Source: Cyanobacteria bacterium P01_D01_bin.156
GTDB taxonomy: Bacteria; Cyanobacteriota; Cyanobacteriia; Phormidesmidales; Phormidesmidaceae
Assembly: GCA_039024555.1 (NCBI GenBank)
Contig: JBCCQQ010000001.1
Location: 320,001 to 384,000 of the forward strand
Reading direction: 5' to 3'
Length of the DNA stretch: 64,000 nt
Part shown: positions 29,071 through 38,457 of the stretch, piece after piece
Layout: every line of letters starts with the position of its first letter
Position numbering within the stretch: position 1 is the first letter of the stretch
Program-made: the position numbers and the translations under genes
Notes under the pieces: generated by a model
Seen by the model: only the letters and a program-made list of their open reading frames with translations
Told to the model about the DNA's origin: nothing
Databases searched by the model: none

Positions 29071-29460
29071 GGCAGAACCGCCGCCCTAGAACCCTCGGAT
29101 TAGAGGGTTTCGATACATAACTCCTTAGGCTGAGGGGTTATCGGTAAAGCAGTTTAGAATTTTGCGCTCAATCGCGCAAAATTCTAAAAAGGGTTATTCA
29201 GGGAACGATGTTTGACGTACCAAGACGTGAAGAAAGCAGTTTTAATCAGAATCTACATTCGCTGTTTCGAGCATCCCTACCAAAAAGTTTAGACACCTTA
29301 TCTTTTTACGGTGTGGAGCGGATGCGGAACAGCGTAACCCACTTCACCGACCACCCATATCAGTAGGTACAGCAGTTAACCGATGAAACTCTTATTCGAG
29401 GGGTGTGGGGAAGTTAGGTCCCCACGTTTAGAAGGGTTTCAGGGAGGAAAGCCCTGAACA
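29033..29460. mobile_element. Hairpin-rich non-coding element (MITE-like) between convergent miaA and mutL
   Basis: Several stems: CTAGGGC...GCCCTAG (29067-29089), a 15-bp IR TTTAGAATTTTGCGC/GCGCAAAATTCTAAA, GTGGGGA...TCCCCAC, and TTCAGGG...CCCTGAA. A 22-mer is shared with 50565-50586. Confidence 0.45.
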
Positions 29461-29574
29461 GCCCACCTCACCACATACCAATCACTAGGAATCCCAAACC
29501 AATGCAAAACACATCGGTCACTAACAAACGTTATCTCAGAGCAGGCATAAAACCTACCCCTACAAAACCACCCA

Positions 29575-31227
29575 TCATTTCCTCAAACCATGGCTCTTGC
29601 CAATCACCCAATGCCGCCTAAAATACCGCGACAAACTTGACTCTTCTAAGGTCAAACAAATTGGCCTGCCGTGGGGACAAGTCCTCGGATTTTTGGTGCG
29701 CTGCCAATCGTGTAACAGTGTTTGCATTTCTTCTAAACCTAAGGGAGTACCATTGCGAATCGCAGTTCGACAGGCTGTTGCCACCATGGCACTCTCCATA
29801 TCCGCACCTAAGCTTATTTCCAAAAGTGCCTCTGCACAATCTTCCCGATTCGCCAATGGTGCTGGAACTGTTCGTACGGCCCAGAGATTTTCTCCAAATA
29901 AATCGACCTCTACACTCAGCCGTCGCAGTTGTTCTACCTGGCGTCCGCTCAGCTGACTCAGAATAATTGCTGGCGCCATCGGGACTGTTTGCCAAGCTGT
30001 CTGGATCTGTTCATAAATCACTCGTTCATGGGCAATGTGCTGTTCAACAAGGCAAACACCACCAGAATGTTCCGCAACAATATAGGTTTCTTGCACCTGG
30101 GCTACTGCCTTTAGCTGGCTGGGAATATCATCCCGATTGTTGCCATAGTTCTCAGCGGCTTCAGCAGTTTTGAAAAGTTGTTTTGTGCGCTGGGTATAGG
30201 CAGCGTCTGCAACATTAGATAGCCTCAGAGCTTTTTCAACTGCAATGGCAATGCGATCGCACCAGTCTTCTGTATCCTGCAAATAAATCTCTGACTTGGC
30301 TGGATTACGATTCCAATCCACCTGGGCTGCCGGTACCTGCAGATGCAAAAAACACACCGGATAGCGATCGCGAGGTAACGTCCGTCGAAAGTTATAGATT
30401 AAGGACTGCACCAAAACCGGCGCGGTTACCGTGCGACCATTAATGGCCACTCGTACCCAGTCAGGTCGGCGTCGATGGCACCGATCTGGTAGACCAACCA
30501 ACAACTCTAACTGTCCATGACAGCCTAATTCATCAGCGGCTAAACTCACCTGCTCTAAATCATGGACAGCCACATCTCGCAGCAGCTGTGGTAATACAGA
30601 CTTTGCTGTAGAACCAGGCCATAGGGTAAACCAGTCCCGTTCTCCCTGGGCAACTTGCCACGTAACCTTTGGGTGACATAGGGCTAGCTGCTGCACCGTT
30701 TGTTGTACCTGCCGTAGCTGTTGAGCTACCGATGGCAAAACCTGTCGGCGATTGGGCAGACGGGCAAACAAATCATCCGCCGTTACGACGGTACCGGGGG
30801 CGATCGCAACTTCCTCAATCTCCACGATCAGCCCTTCCGCGTCGTAAACCACACGCCAGCCCACATCATTCGCAACTCGGCTGCGGATTTCCAGTTTTGA
30901 TAGCTGGGCTAGACTGTGCAAGGCTTCCCCCCGAAACCCCAGGCTTTGAATCTGACTCAAATCATCGCAGGTACGGATCTTGCTAGTACTGTGAGCCGTT
31001 GCGGCCTGTCTCAGATCGTCTTGCGCAATACCCACTCCATTATCCGTTACCCGCACTCGCCAACTATCGGGCCACAGATGGATTGTGATGCGTGTAGCAC
31101 CAGCATCCAAGGCATTTTCCGATAGTTCGCGGACCACCGCTGCTAGGGAGTCAATCACCTCTCCAGCGGCAATCAGGCTAATGACATCCTGGGATAAACG
31201 TTGAATGGTTACGTCAGTGGTAATAAT
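29575..31227 (-). CDS. mutL: DNA mismatch repair endonuclease MutL (probable ATT start)
   Basis: ELSENALDAGA, LGFRGEAL, EQHIAHER, ACR and CPHGRP. The conserved N-terminus IQRLSQDVISLIAAGEV lies upstream of the called GTG (31158). Confidence 0.93.
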   Translation of the reverse strand: MITTDVTIQRLSQDVISLIAAGEVIDSLAAVVRELSENALDAGATRITIHLWPDSWRVRVTDNGVGIAQDDLRQAATAHSTSKIRTCDDLSQIQSLGFRGEALHSLAQLSKLEIRSRVANDVGWRVVYDAEGLIVEIEEVAIAPGTVVTADDLFARLPNRRQVLPSVAQQLRQVQQTVQQLALCHPKVTWQVAQGERDWFTLWPGSTAKSVLPQLLRDVAVHDLEQVSLAADELGCHGQLELLVGLPDRCHRRRPDWVRVAINGRTVTAPVLVQSLIYNFRRTLPRDRYPVCFLHLQVPAAQVDWNRNPAKSEIYLQDTEDWCDRIAIAVEKALRLSNVADAAYTQRTKQLFKTAEAAENYGNNRDDIPSQLKAVAQVQETYIVAEHSGGVCLVEQHIAHERVIYEQIQTAWQTVPMAPAIILSQLSGRQVEQLRRLSVEVDLFGENLWAVRTVPAPLANREDCAEALLEISLGADMESAMVATACRTAIRNGTPLGLEEMQTLLHDWQRTKNPRTCPHGRPICLTLEESSLSRYFRRHWVIGKSHGLRK

Positions 31228-31397
31228 GCAGGCTCCCTAAAGGTAAATGGTCTTTTCAAATTAGCGCGAAAGGCCAGGAAGGTTGAGGTCGGAATTGAGA
31301 ATTCAGAGGTCAGAATTATAGGTCTTCCGGTTTTGCGGCTGCCGACTTCAAACTTTCCCCTTGGTGTAACATGGCGGCACTTGAGCTGCTACTGCCC

Positions 31398-32000
31398 ATG
31401 ATGTCAGACACCTACAAGCCTGCTTCCATTGCCAAAATCCAGGACCAAAAAGCTAAGATGCGGCGCTCCCTTTTAAAGGCCCGTCAGGCTATGCCGCCAA
31501 AAGTATGGCAGCAAAAATGCGATCGCATTTGCAATCACTTAACTCAATGGCCTGTCTTTCACTCGGCCCGCAACGTTTTAGCCTACTGCAGCTTTCGTAA
31601 TGAACCTGACTTGGGGCAACTGCTAGCCAAACATCGCTCGTGGGGCCTCCCTCGATGTCAAGACAACGATCTAATTTGGCATCGGTGGTTTCCCAACTGT
31701 ACATGGCCCTTGCATTCCGGAACCTATGGAATTATCGAACCAGACCCCACATCTCCCATCGTAGACCCTAAAAAAGTTGATTTAATCTTGGTGCCAGCTG
31801 TTGCCTGTGATATACGAGGTTACCGACTGGGCTATGGTGGCGGCTTTTACGATCGCATGCTCGCCCAACCTTGCTGGCAGGGAAAACCGACGATTGGTAT
31901 CGTCTTTGAATTTGCCCGTCTACCCCAAATACCCAAAAATAGCTGGGACCAACCGTTAAATGGCATCTGCACGGAAAGCGGGCTATTTCTATCTAGATAA
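31398..32000 (+). CDS. 5-formyltetrahydrofolate cyclo-ligase
   Basis: YGIIEP, DLILVPAVACD and GYRLGYGGGFYDR. The start is uncertain (31371, 31398 or 31401). Confidence 0.92.
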   Translation: MMSDTYKPASIAKIQDQKAKMRRSLLKARQAMPPKVWQQKCDRICNHLTQWPVFHSARNVLAYCSFRNEPDLGQLLAKHRSWGLPRCQDNDLIWHRWFPNCTWPLHSGTYGIIEPDPTSPIVDPKKVDLILVPAVACDIRGYRLGYGGGFYDRMLAQPCWQGKPTIGIVFEFARLPQIPKNSWDQPLNGICTESGLFLSR

Positions 32001-32719
32001 GCTCAGCTTCCAAAAACAGCACTACCACTCCTCCAGAATGACTTTGATTTTCAGACCCTCCACCTTGAAGAGGATGACAGAGCATCTAATCGCATAAATC
32101 AGCCACAATAGCCCCTTTTCCCATAAAAGAAAGAGTGATATCTCTGTATCACTTGAGAACAGCTGTCTATACCTCTCAAACAAAAGACTACAACTCTTCC
32201 TTAGGTGGTGACTCTCACTGAAGAAGCCTTCAATTTTTATAAGTAACGAGGCACACAGCAATAGATGCTGCACTAAATCCTTAAAGCCACCAAATAATTC
32301 AAGACATAATCACCCGCCAGGAATCATCCTCAACAGCAGAAAAAATTTTATTGCTTAGCACACCACCAGAGCAAGTAATAGATCAACAGCAATCTATTTC
32401 ATCACTCTGAGCAGCCATCTTCCCTAATTCATCACAAATTAGCCCAAGGCGAGACAACAGGCGCACTATTCAAAAGAATTAACTAAATATCATCAAACAT
32501 CGACGTATTCACACCAGGTCAAGAAGTATAAGAGCATACACACCAATTCGTCAAAAGTCTCTTGAAAGTCTCCTAGCTCACAGACTCACTACACAACGAT
32601 GTGGTTATATGTCAACTTAAGAGCCGCAAATCGCTTTCCTGAGAGGGCTTTTAATTATTCTACAACTGAATAAAAACTGTTATTTCTGTCTTAATAACCT
32701 ACAAATCATCATTTGTGAT

Positions 32720-32733
32720 GTAGCCTACGTTAC
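32720..32733. promoter_or_regulatory. Possible NtcA-type site GTA-N8-TAC upstream of the S7P cyclase
   Basis: GTAGCCTACGTTAC matches the consensus, but no properly spaced -10 box was found. Confidence 0.2.
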
Positions 32734-32849
32734 CTCTCTGGGGTAAGGCACAAAGTTTTTTCGTTTCGAAGATTTCATTAATGTTTTTGTGATTTTGTCT
32801 GCTAGTGTAAAGATTATTATATTTCGGTTGCTATTTTCTCGGAACAACA

Positions 32850-34625
32850 ATGGCAAACAATACCACCCTGGCTGTCAAAGCCTTTATCTCGTCTTACGAC
32901 AGTGAGCCTTTGACTTACAAGAATCTAGATGATGCAATTGAAGCAGTTTGCTGCAGAGCATCTTTTAGAGAACTCATTTTGGCATTTGTGAATAGTCCCG
33001 CTTTCTCTGAGGAACTGGGGAAAGAGTTTGCTGCAGCGGATGCAATCTCAGGGCTATCTGCCTGTCGCAGCCTTCGCAGCTGTTTAAATTTCTCCATTAG
33101 TCGTTTCTTTGGATTATTAGCTGAAGTAATTTCCGCCTTTAATACAGATGCCGGTACTGAGTGGAGTACGTTTGCCAACCGAGTACACCAGTCCAACCTG
33201 GGCGGCAACAAATTGTTAGAGCGCCTGTTACGCAGCGCCGACAGCAAATTCTACAAAGATTTAGCAGCCCATCTCGTCGACGACAATCCCCACGCCATCT
33301 ATCCCACCTCCAGCTATCGCGAGAGTGAGGCCCACGTAGTAAGCACGGGTGACGATCAGATCATCGAAGCCGTGATGACCTCGCGCACATTCACTTCGAT
33401 TCGCGTAGTTGAGAACTGCTTGACCCCAGAGGAAACAGTTCTACGGGATATGTATATTGCCCACGGGCGATGCGTTTGCCTAGTCGACCAAAATGTCGAA
33501 AGTTACTATGGTGAACAAATTGAGACCTACTTTAACCACCACGGTATTCATCTGGAGAAACTAGTTTATCGGGCTATGGAAGTTGACAAAGGCATCCACA
33601 CCGTTGAACGGATGCTGGGAGACTTCAAAGCCGTTGGCGTCTGTCGAAATGAACCCGTTTTAATTATTGGTGGTGGTGTTCTCACCGACACTGGTGGTCT
33701 TGCCTGTGCCCTTTACCACCGCAATACTCCCTACGTGATGCTATCCACATCCATTGTGGCAGGAATTGATGCTGGCCCCTCTCCTCGCACCTGCTGCGAC
33801 GGCTTTGGTTATAAGAATCTCTTTGGGGCTTACCACGCTCCAGTTCTTTCCCTTACTGATCGCTCTTTCTTTAAGACACTGCGGAAAGGCTGGCTGCGCC
33901 ATGGCATCGCTGAAATCATCAAAATGGCGACAGTCAAAAACCTGGAACTATTTGAGTACCTAGAGCAAGCTGGGCAAGAACTGATTGACACCCGTTTTGG
34001 CACCCTAAATTGCGAGCCTGGGGCAGAAATCAGTACTCTCTCCCAGAAAATTCTCGGTGCAGCTCTGCGCAGTTATGTAGAGGCTGAATATGACAATCTT
34101 TATGAAACCCACCAGTGTCGTCCCCACGCCTATGGCCATACCTGGTCCCCTGGTTTTGAAATCGAAGCAGGCTTGCTTCATGGTCATGCCGTAGCCATAG
34201 GTATGGGCTTTGGAGCTTACCTCAGTTACCGCGATAGCTGGATTACTAAAGACGAATTCCACCGCATTCTGAAACTCATTAGCTCCTTTGGCCTCAGCCT
34301 TTGGAATGATGTGCTGCTGAACAAAGAGACCCTGTGGTCTTCCCAGGAAAAAATTGTTCAGAAACGGGGTGGCAACTTAGCCGCTCCCCTACCCAAGGGT
34401 AAGATTGGGAAGTGCGGTTACCTCAATTCCTTAACTCAGGAAGAACTATACGAAGCGATCAGCACCTACCAGCAAATTTGCCAAGACTATCCACGGCAAG
34501 GTCTAGGTATTGATCCACTCTGTAGTGATGTCGGTCTTGAAGATCCCTCAACTATTGGCCATAGCTTGATGGAAACTGTTAAGGCTCAAGCGACAGAAAA
34601 TCCTGAAATGCTCTCTCCTGTGTAA
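32850..34625 (+). CDS. Sedoheptulose-7-phosphate cyclase, divergent desmethyl-4-deoxygadusol synthase (MysA-like) with N-terminal extension
   Basis: DHQS-superfamily motifs IGGGVLTD, GIDAG, KNLFGAYH, GIAEIIK and LLHGHAV. It carries the signature YVEAEYDNLYETHQCRPHAYGHTWSP and about 170 extra N-terminal residues. Confidence 0.85.
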   Translation: MANNTTLAVKAFISSYDSEPLTYKNLDDAIEAVCCRASFRELILAFVNSPAFSEELGKEFAAADAISGLSACRSLRSCLNFSISRFFGLLAEVISAFNTDAGTEWSTFANRVHQSNLGGNKLLERLLRSADSKFYKDLAAHLVDDNPHAIYPTSSYRESEAHVVSTGDDQIIEAVMTSRTFTSIRVVENCLTPEETVLRDMYIAHGRCVCLVDQNVESYYGEQIETYFNHHGIHLEKLVYRAMEVDKGIHTVERMLGDFKAVGVCRNEPVLIIGGGVLTDTGGLACALYHRNTPYVMLSTSIVAGIDAGPSPRTCCDGFGYKNLFGAYHAPVLSLTDRSFFKTLRKGWLRHGIAEIIKMATVKNLELFEYLEQAGQELIDTRFGTLNCEPGAEISTLSQKILGAALRSYVEAEYDNLYETHQCRPHAYGHTWSPGFEIEAGLLHGHAVAIGMGFGAYLSYRDSWITKDEFHRILKLISSFGLSLWNDVLLNKETLWSSQEKIVQKRGGNLAAPLPKGKIGKCGYLNSLTQEELYEAISTYQQICQDYPRQGLGIDPLCSDVGLEDPSTIGHSLMETVKAQATENPEMLSPV

Positions 34626-34648
34626 TCAAAATCTGATTGCACGGTATT

Positions 34649-34678
34649 GGGGTGCACGGCTGTGCACCCCTCTTTTTT
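34649..34678 (+). terminator. GC hairpin with T-tract (REP-like / intrinsic terminator)
   Basis: GGGGTGCAC-GGCT-GTGCACCCC followed by TCTTTTTT. Confidence 0.65.
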
Positions 34679-34805
34679 GTTGCTGTTGCTGATTTAGAGG
34701 ATGAAACGATCTGTAGACTCTAACCTTTGTCTGGACTGGAAAAATTAAAATCATCCCGAGGATCAGCAACGCCTTTTTGTTTTATTATGTTTTGCGATCA
34801 TTACC

Positions 34806-35834
34806 ATGGCACAAGAACTATTTGATATTGTTATTCCTCTCTTTTGTACTCGCTGGAATACTCAAGCAGTTTTAGAAGGATTGACGATCCACTATCAACC
34901 CCGTGCTATTCACATCATTACGCTACCTAATGAAGTGGAGCCATTGAAGAATACATCTCAAGATTGGAAAACTGCCCCTCTACATATTCATAACGAGGAG
35001 GTATTTTTCAAGGCTAGTACCGATCTTACAAAAACAGCAATTTGTGAAGAGCTTAATCTAGGAAAGTCTCTTTATAACCCCGGTTGGTTTTATCAGCAGA
35101 TATTAAAAGTAGGTGCTTTCGAGGGTATTCCTGGCTTAAGCGAATGGTATCTAGTGTGGGATAGTGACCTGCTCCCTGTTGCGACCTGGCCAGCTTTCCA
35201 AGGGGACGGCGATAATCTTAAGCACATGTTTGCACTGATCCAACACAATCAATATGGTAACCCTACTATTGTTGGTAAGTGGGCCACTTGGATTGAATCT
35301 GTTCTGGGTGTCCCCCCCCTAACTGACGCTGTGGGCACCTTTATTCCCCATCACATGTGGTTCAAGCAGGAACATCTCAAGACATTAACAGCACAGATTC
35401 AAAAGTACTACGATTCTACAGAGCCTTGGCCTGCCTTGATGATGCGCTCTGCCAATGACTTCGATACCTATGGTGAGTACTGGATCTACAGTTCCTGGGC
35501 TGCAGCGCAAGATCCGGATTCTGTGGGCTTTTACCCCTATGAGCAATATGGAGAGACAACAGAACGTTTCTTTGATGATGGTACCGGTATGTTCTCTGTT
35601 GCCTTAAGGAAGCATATGTCTGTGAACTCTACCGGCCCCGATGATGAATTTTCTCCTTCCTATGAAGAAGTGAGTGCCTTCATCCACGCTGAATATGGAG
35701 AGGATAATCTACCCTCTTCACTTTCGTTCGAAAGCAGTCCTCGTCATCTAAATAAGAACAGCGAGACGATGCACATTGAAGAAACACGTTCCCGCTGGAA
35801 TCCACGAATGGTCAAGGAAACAGCAAACGTCTAA
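34806..35834 (+). CDS. DUF6492-like putative GT-A fold glycosyl/nucleotidyl-sugar transferase
   Basis: N-terminal FDIVIP strand, GWFYQQILK, YLVWDSD (DxD), FIPHHMWF and GEYWIY. Confidence 0.6.
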   Translation: MAQELFDIVIPLFCTRWNTQAVLEGLTIHYQPRAIHIITLPNEVEPLKNTSQDWKTAPLHIHNEEVFFKASTDLTKTAICEELNLGKSLYNPGWFYQQILKVGAFEGIPGLSEWYLVWDSDLLPVATWPAFQGDGDNLKHMFALIQHNQYGNPTIVGKWATWIESVLGVPPLTDAVGTFIPHHMWFKQEHLKTLTAQIQKYYDSTEPWPALMMRSANDFDTYGEYWIYSSWAAAQDPDSVGFYPYEQYGETTERFFDDGTGMFSVALRKHMSVNSTGPDDEFSPSYEEVSAFIHAEYGEDNLPSSLSFESSPRHLNKNSETMHIEETRSRWNPRMVKETANV

Positions 35835-35906
35835 CGCAAGAAAAGGGAAAAGAGAAAAGGAAAGTCTTCCTCCTGTCTTTCCCCTTTCTCGCTGCCGTCA
35901 GGCATC

Positions 35907-36740
35907 TTAACCCTTACCCTGCAGCCCTTTCGCCGCCTGCTTAACCACATCCAACAACTCCAAGGGAAGATTTAGGCTATTTAGGTCCACATGACCTTCC
36001 TTAGGTTTCTTCTGGGGACCGTGATAGTCACTACCGCCAGTCATCAGTAAGCCATAGCGTTTACATAAGTCTTTTAGTACATCCTCTTCGCTGTAACTAT
36101 GGTGGGGATGGTAAACCTCCACACCCATCAGACCAGCTTTCACTAGCTCCGGCAGCACTTCTTCCACGATGCCACCTCTGAATAGGTAAGGATGAGCCCA
36201 CACTGGCACAGCCCCACAGCTTCGTAGCAACTCAATCCCTTCCGCAGCAGTAAACTTTTCATAAGGTACATAGGCAGGGCCGTGGTCACCAATAAATCGC
36301 AAAAATGCTTCTTGCGAAGACGTTACATGGCCAGCTGCAACCAGCGCATTGGCAACGTGGGGACGACCGGGGGCCATGCTACCCGGCATGGGAGGTAGTT
36401 CAATGGGAAAGCCAAGTTCAGCTAGCTTCTCCACCATTTTTTGTGCTCGACGGTGCCGCCCCTGGATGCGATCGCTCAGAGGTTCCTGGAGCTTTTCTGG
36501 ATCTGGATAAAAACCTAAAATATGCATTGAGCGACCATTGTACGTAGTACTCAGTTCAATACCCGGGACAATTTCTAGACCTTGGGGAGCTGCTGCTACT
36601 CTGGCTTCTTCCCAACCAAAGATCGTATCGTGGTCGGTGATGGCAAGCGCTTTCACCCCTTTTCTCACTGCTCGTTCAACTAGCTGCTGCGGTGTCAGGG
36701 TACCGTCAGAAAACGTGGTGTGGCAGTGGAGCTCAAGCAT
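35907..36740 (-). CDS. PHP domain phosphoesterase (TrpH/YciV-like)
   Basis: LHCHTTFSDG, AITDHD, PGIELS, WAHP and TGGSDYHG. Confidence 0.92.
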   Translation of the reverse strand: MLELHCHTTFSDGTLTPQQLVERAVRKGVKALAITDHDTIFGWEEARVAAAPQGLEIVPGIELSTTYNGRSMHILGFYPDPEKLQEPLSDRIQGRHRRAQKMVEKLAELGFPIELPPMPGSMAPGRPHVANALVAAGHVTSSQEAFLRFIGDHGPAYVPYEKFTAAEGIELLRSCGAVPVWAHPYLFRGGIVEEVLPELVKAGLMGVEVYHPHHSYSEEDVLKDLCKRYGLLMTGGSDYHGPQKKPKEGHVDLNSLNLPLELLDVVKQAAKGLQGKG

Positions 36741-36889
36741 GACTAAGTTCAGAAAACAGATGTTATATCTAATTATGCGGTGGTTTTGATCATCTGTAAT
36801 TAACTATCCGATGCCATAGCAATCCATCACGTTCACATAAGATTAAACTCCCCACTTTTCGACGAAACGCTCACGTCATTACGGCAATA

Positions 36890-36935
36890 AAAAACATGCC
36901 CTTGCGTAAATGTTTATACGCAAGGGCATGTTTTT
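36890..36935 (-). terminator. Intrinsic terminator of pntAB
   Basis: 19-bp inverted repeat AAAAACATGCCCTTGCGTA / TACGCAAGGGCATGTTTTT just beyond the pntB stop. Confidence 0.8.
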
Positions 36936-36951
36936 CTAAGTGAGACAAACT

Positions 36952-38376
36952 TTATGCAGTCGCCAACTTAGGCTGCTCTGCTGCAGACTCCTGAAGCCGA
37001 CCCAAAATCGCATTGGTATTTGCTTTCGCATCACCAAACAACATTTGAGTATTATCCTTAAAGAACAAAGGATTCGCCACACCAGCATAGCCAGCTGACA
37101 TGCCCCGCTTCATCACCACAACATTGCGGGCCTTCCAAACTTCCAAGACCGGCATTCCAGCAATGGGGCTCTCAGGGTCTTCCATCGCACTAGGATTGAC
37201 CGTATCGTTCGCACCGATAACCAGCACAACATCAGTTTCAGGAAAATCATCATTGATTTCATCCATCTCCAACACAATGTCGTAGGGCACATTGGCTTCA
37301 GCTAATAACACATTCATGTGTCCTGGCAAACGACCAGCAACTGGGTGAATACCAAAGCGTACGTTAACACCACGCTTCATTAGCAACTGAGTAATCTCAG
37401 AAACTGCATGCTGTGCCTGAGCTACCGCCATACCGTAACCAGGCGTAATAATCACGCTCTGAGCATCTGCCAAAAGCTCGATAGTGCCGTTTATATCCGT
37501 CTCATTCACGGTACCTTCAACCGCCTTGCCACCGCTCTTGCCAGACCCCTGACCAAAGCCACCCAAGATAACACTGAAGAAAGAACGGTTCATTGCCTGG
37601 CACATGATGTAGCTCAAGATGGCACCGCTACTACCTACCAATGCTCCAACAACAATCAACAGATCATTGGAAAGCATAAAGCCTGCTGCTGCTGCTGCCC
37701 AGCCAGAGTAGCTGTTGAGCATAGAGATAACCACGGGCATATCTGCACCGCCGATGGCAGCTACTAGATGAATACCCAGTACAGAAGAAATGGCTACCAT
37801 GCCGAGCAGATAGCCAAACCCATCGGTGCCTTCCGCACCCATAAAGCCAATACCGAGAATAACGGTGCCAATCAACATGGCAATGTTTAAGCCATGACGC
37901 ATGGGCAACATCAGTGGCTTACTGCTAATAATCGCACGCAGCTTACCAAAAGCCACCACCGAACCGGTAAACGTCAGCGCCCCAATAAAGACACCAATGT
38001 AAATCTCCAGCTGATGAATGGTTTCTTCAGCACCTACCAAAGAGGTATCAGGTCCCAAATAGCTGGCGACACCGACCAGAACCGCTGCTAAACCCACAAA
38101 GCTGTGGAGAATCGCGACTAGTTCAGGCATTTCCGTCATTTCCACACGAGCAGCGACAAAGCCACCAATGGCAACAGCTGGAACAACCGCCATCACCAAA
38201 ATCCCGTAGGCATCTACCTGAGCACTAAATGCGGTGGCCACTAGGGCAATCACCATGCCGACAATTCCGTAGATATTGCCACGCTTAGCAGACTCTTGGT
38301 TGGAAAGACCACCCAAGCTAAGAATAAAGAGCACAATGGCCGCTAAATACGCGACCGAAACAAGATTGTTAGACAT
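36952..38376 (-). CDS. pntB: NAD(P) transhydrogenase subunit beta
   Basis: [54 protein letters not shown] and IGANDTVNP. Confidence 0.97.
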   Translation of the reverse strand: MSNNLVSVAYLAAIVLFILSLGGLSNQESAKRGNIYGIVGMVIALVATAFSAQVDAYGILVMAVVPAVAIGGFVAARVEMTEMPELVAILHSFVGLAAVLVGVASYLGPDTSLVGAEETIHQLEIYIGVFIGALTFTGSVVAFGKLRAIISSKPLMLPMRHGLNIAMLIGTVILGIGFMGAEGTDGFGYLLGMVAISSVLGIHLVAAIGGADMPVVISMLNSYSGWAAAAAGFMLSNDLLIVVGALVGSSGAILSYIMCQAMNRSFFSVILGGFGQGSGKSGGKAVEGTVNETDINGTIELLADAQSVIITPGYGMAVAQAQHAVSEITQLLMKRGVNVRFGIHPVAGRLPGHMNVLLAEANVPYDIVLEMDEINDDFPETDVVLVIGANDTVNPSAMEDPESPIAGMPVLEVWKARNVVVMKRGMSAGYAGVANPLFFKDNTQMLFGDAKANTNAILGRLQESAAEQPKLATA

Positions 38377-38416
38377 GAGAAGAGAGATTCTTGAATGTTG
38401 TCAAAAAATTCTTGTC

Positions 38417-38456
38417 TCCCTTGCTCCACCTATGGAGCAAGGGATGGGGGATAAGG
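38417..38456. repeat. Short palindromic dispersed repeat between pntA and pntB
   Basis: 12-bp IR TCCCTTGCTCCA-CCTA-TGGAGCAAGGGA followed by TGGGGGATAAGG. Confidence 0.6.
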
Positions 38457-38457
38457 C

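Noticed and set aside
29208..29366. About 52-codon ORF (MFDVPRREESS...) inside the miaA-mutL element
   Set aside because: No recognisable domain or transposase motif; the length is compatible with chance.
31241..31397. 6S RNA upstream of the 5-formyl-THF cyclo-ligase (ssrS-ygfA arrangement)
   Set aside because: The space is short and must hold divergent promoters. No long 6S-like rod is evident, only short degenerate heptamer-like repeats.
32022..32273. 83-aa minus-strand ORF upstream of the cyclase
   Set aside because: No recognisable motif or RBS, and the composition resembles translated AT-rich intergenic DNA.
35839..35890. Purine-rich then pyrimidine-rich heptamer-like run (AAAAGGG/AAAAGAG/AAAAGGA...CTTTCCCCTTTT)
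   Set aside because: Ordinary short tandem repeat or terminator-like hairpin between convergent genes, common in cyanobacteria.
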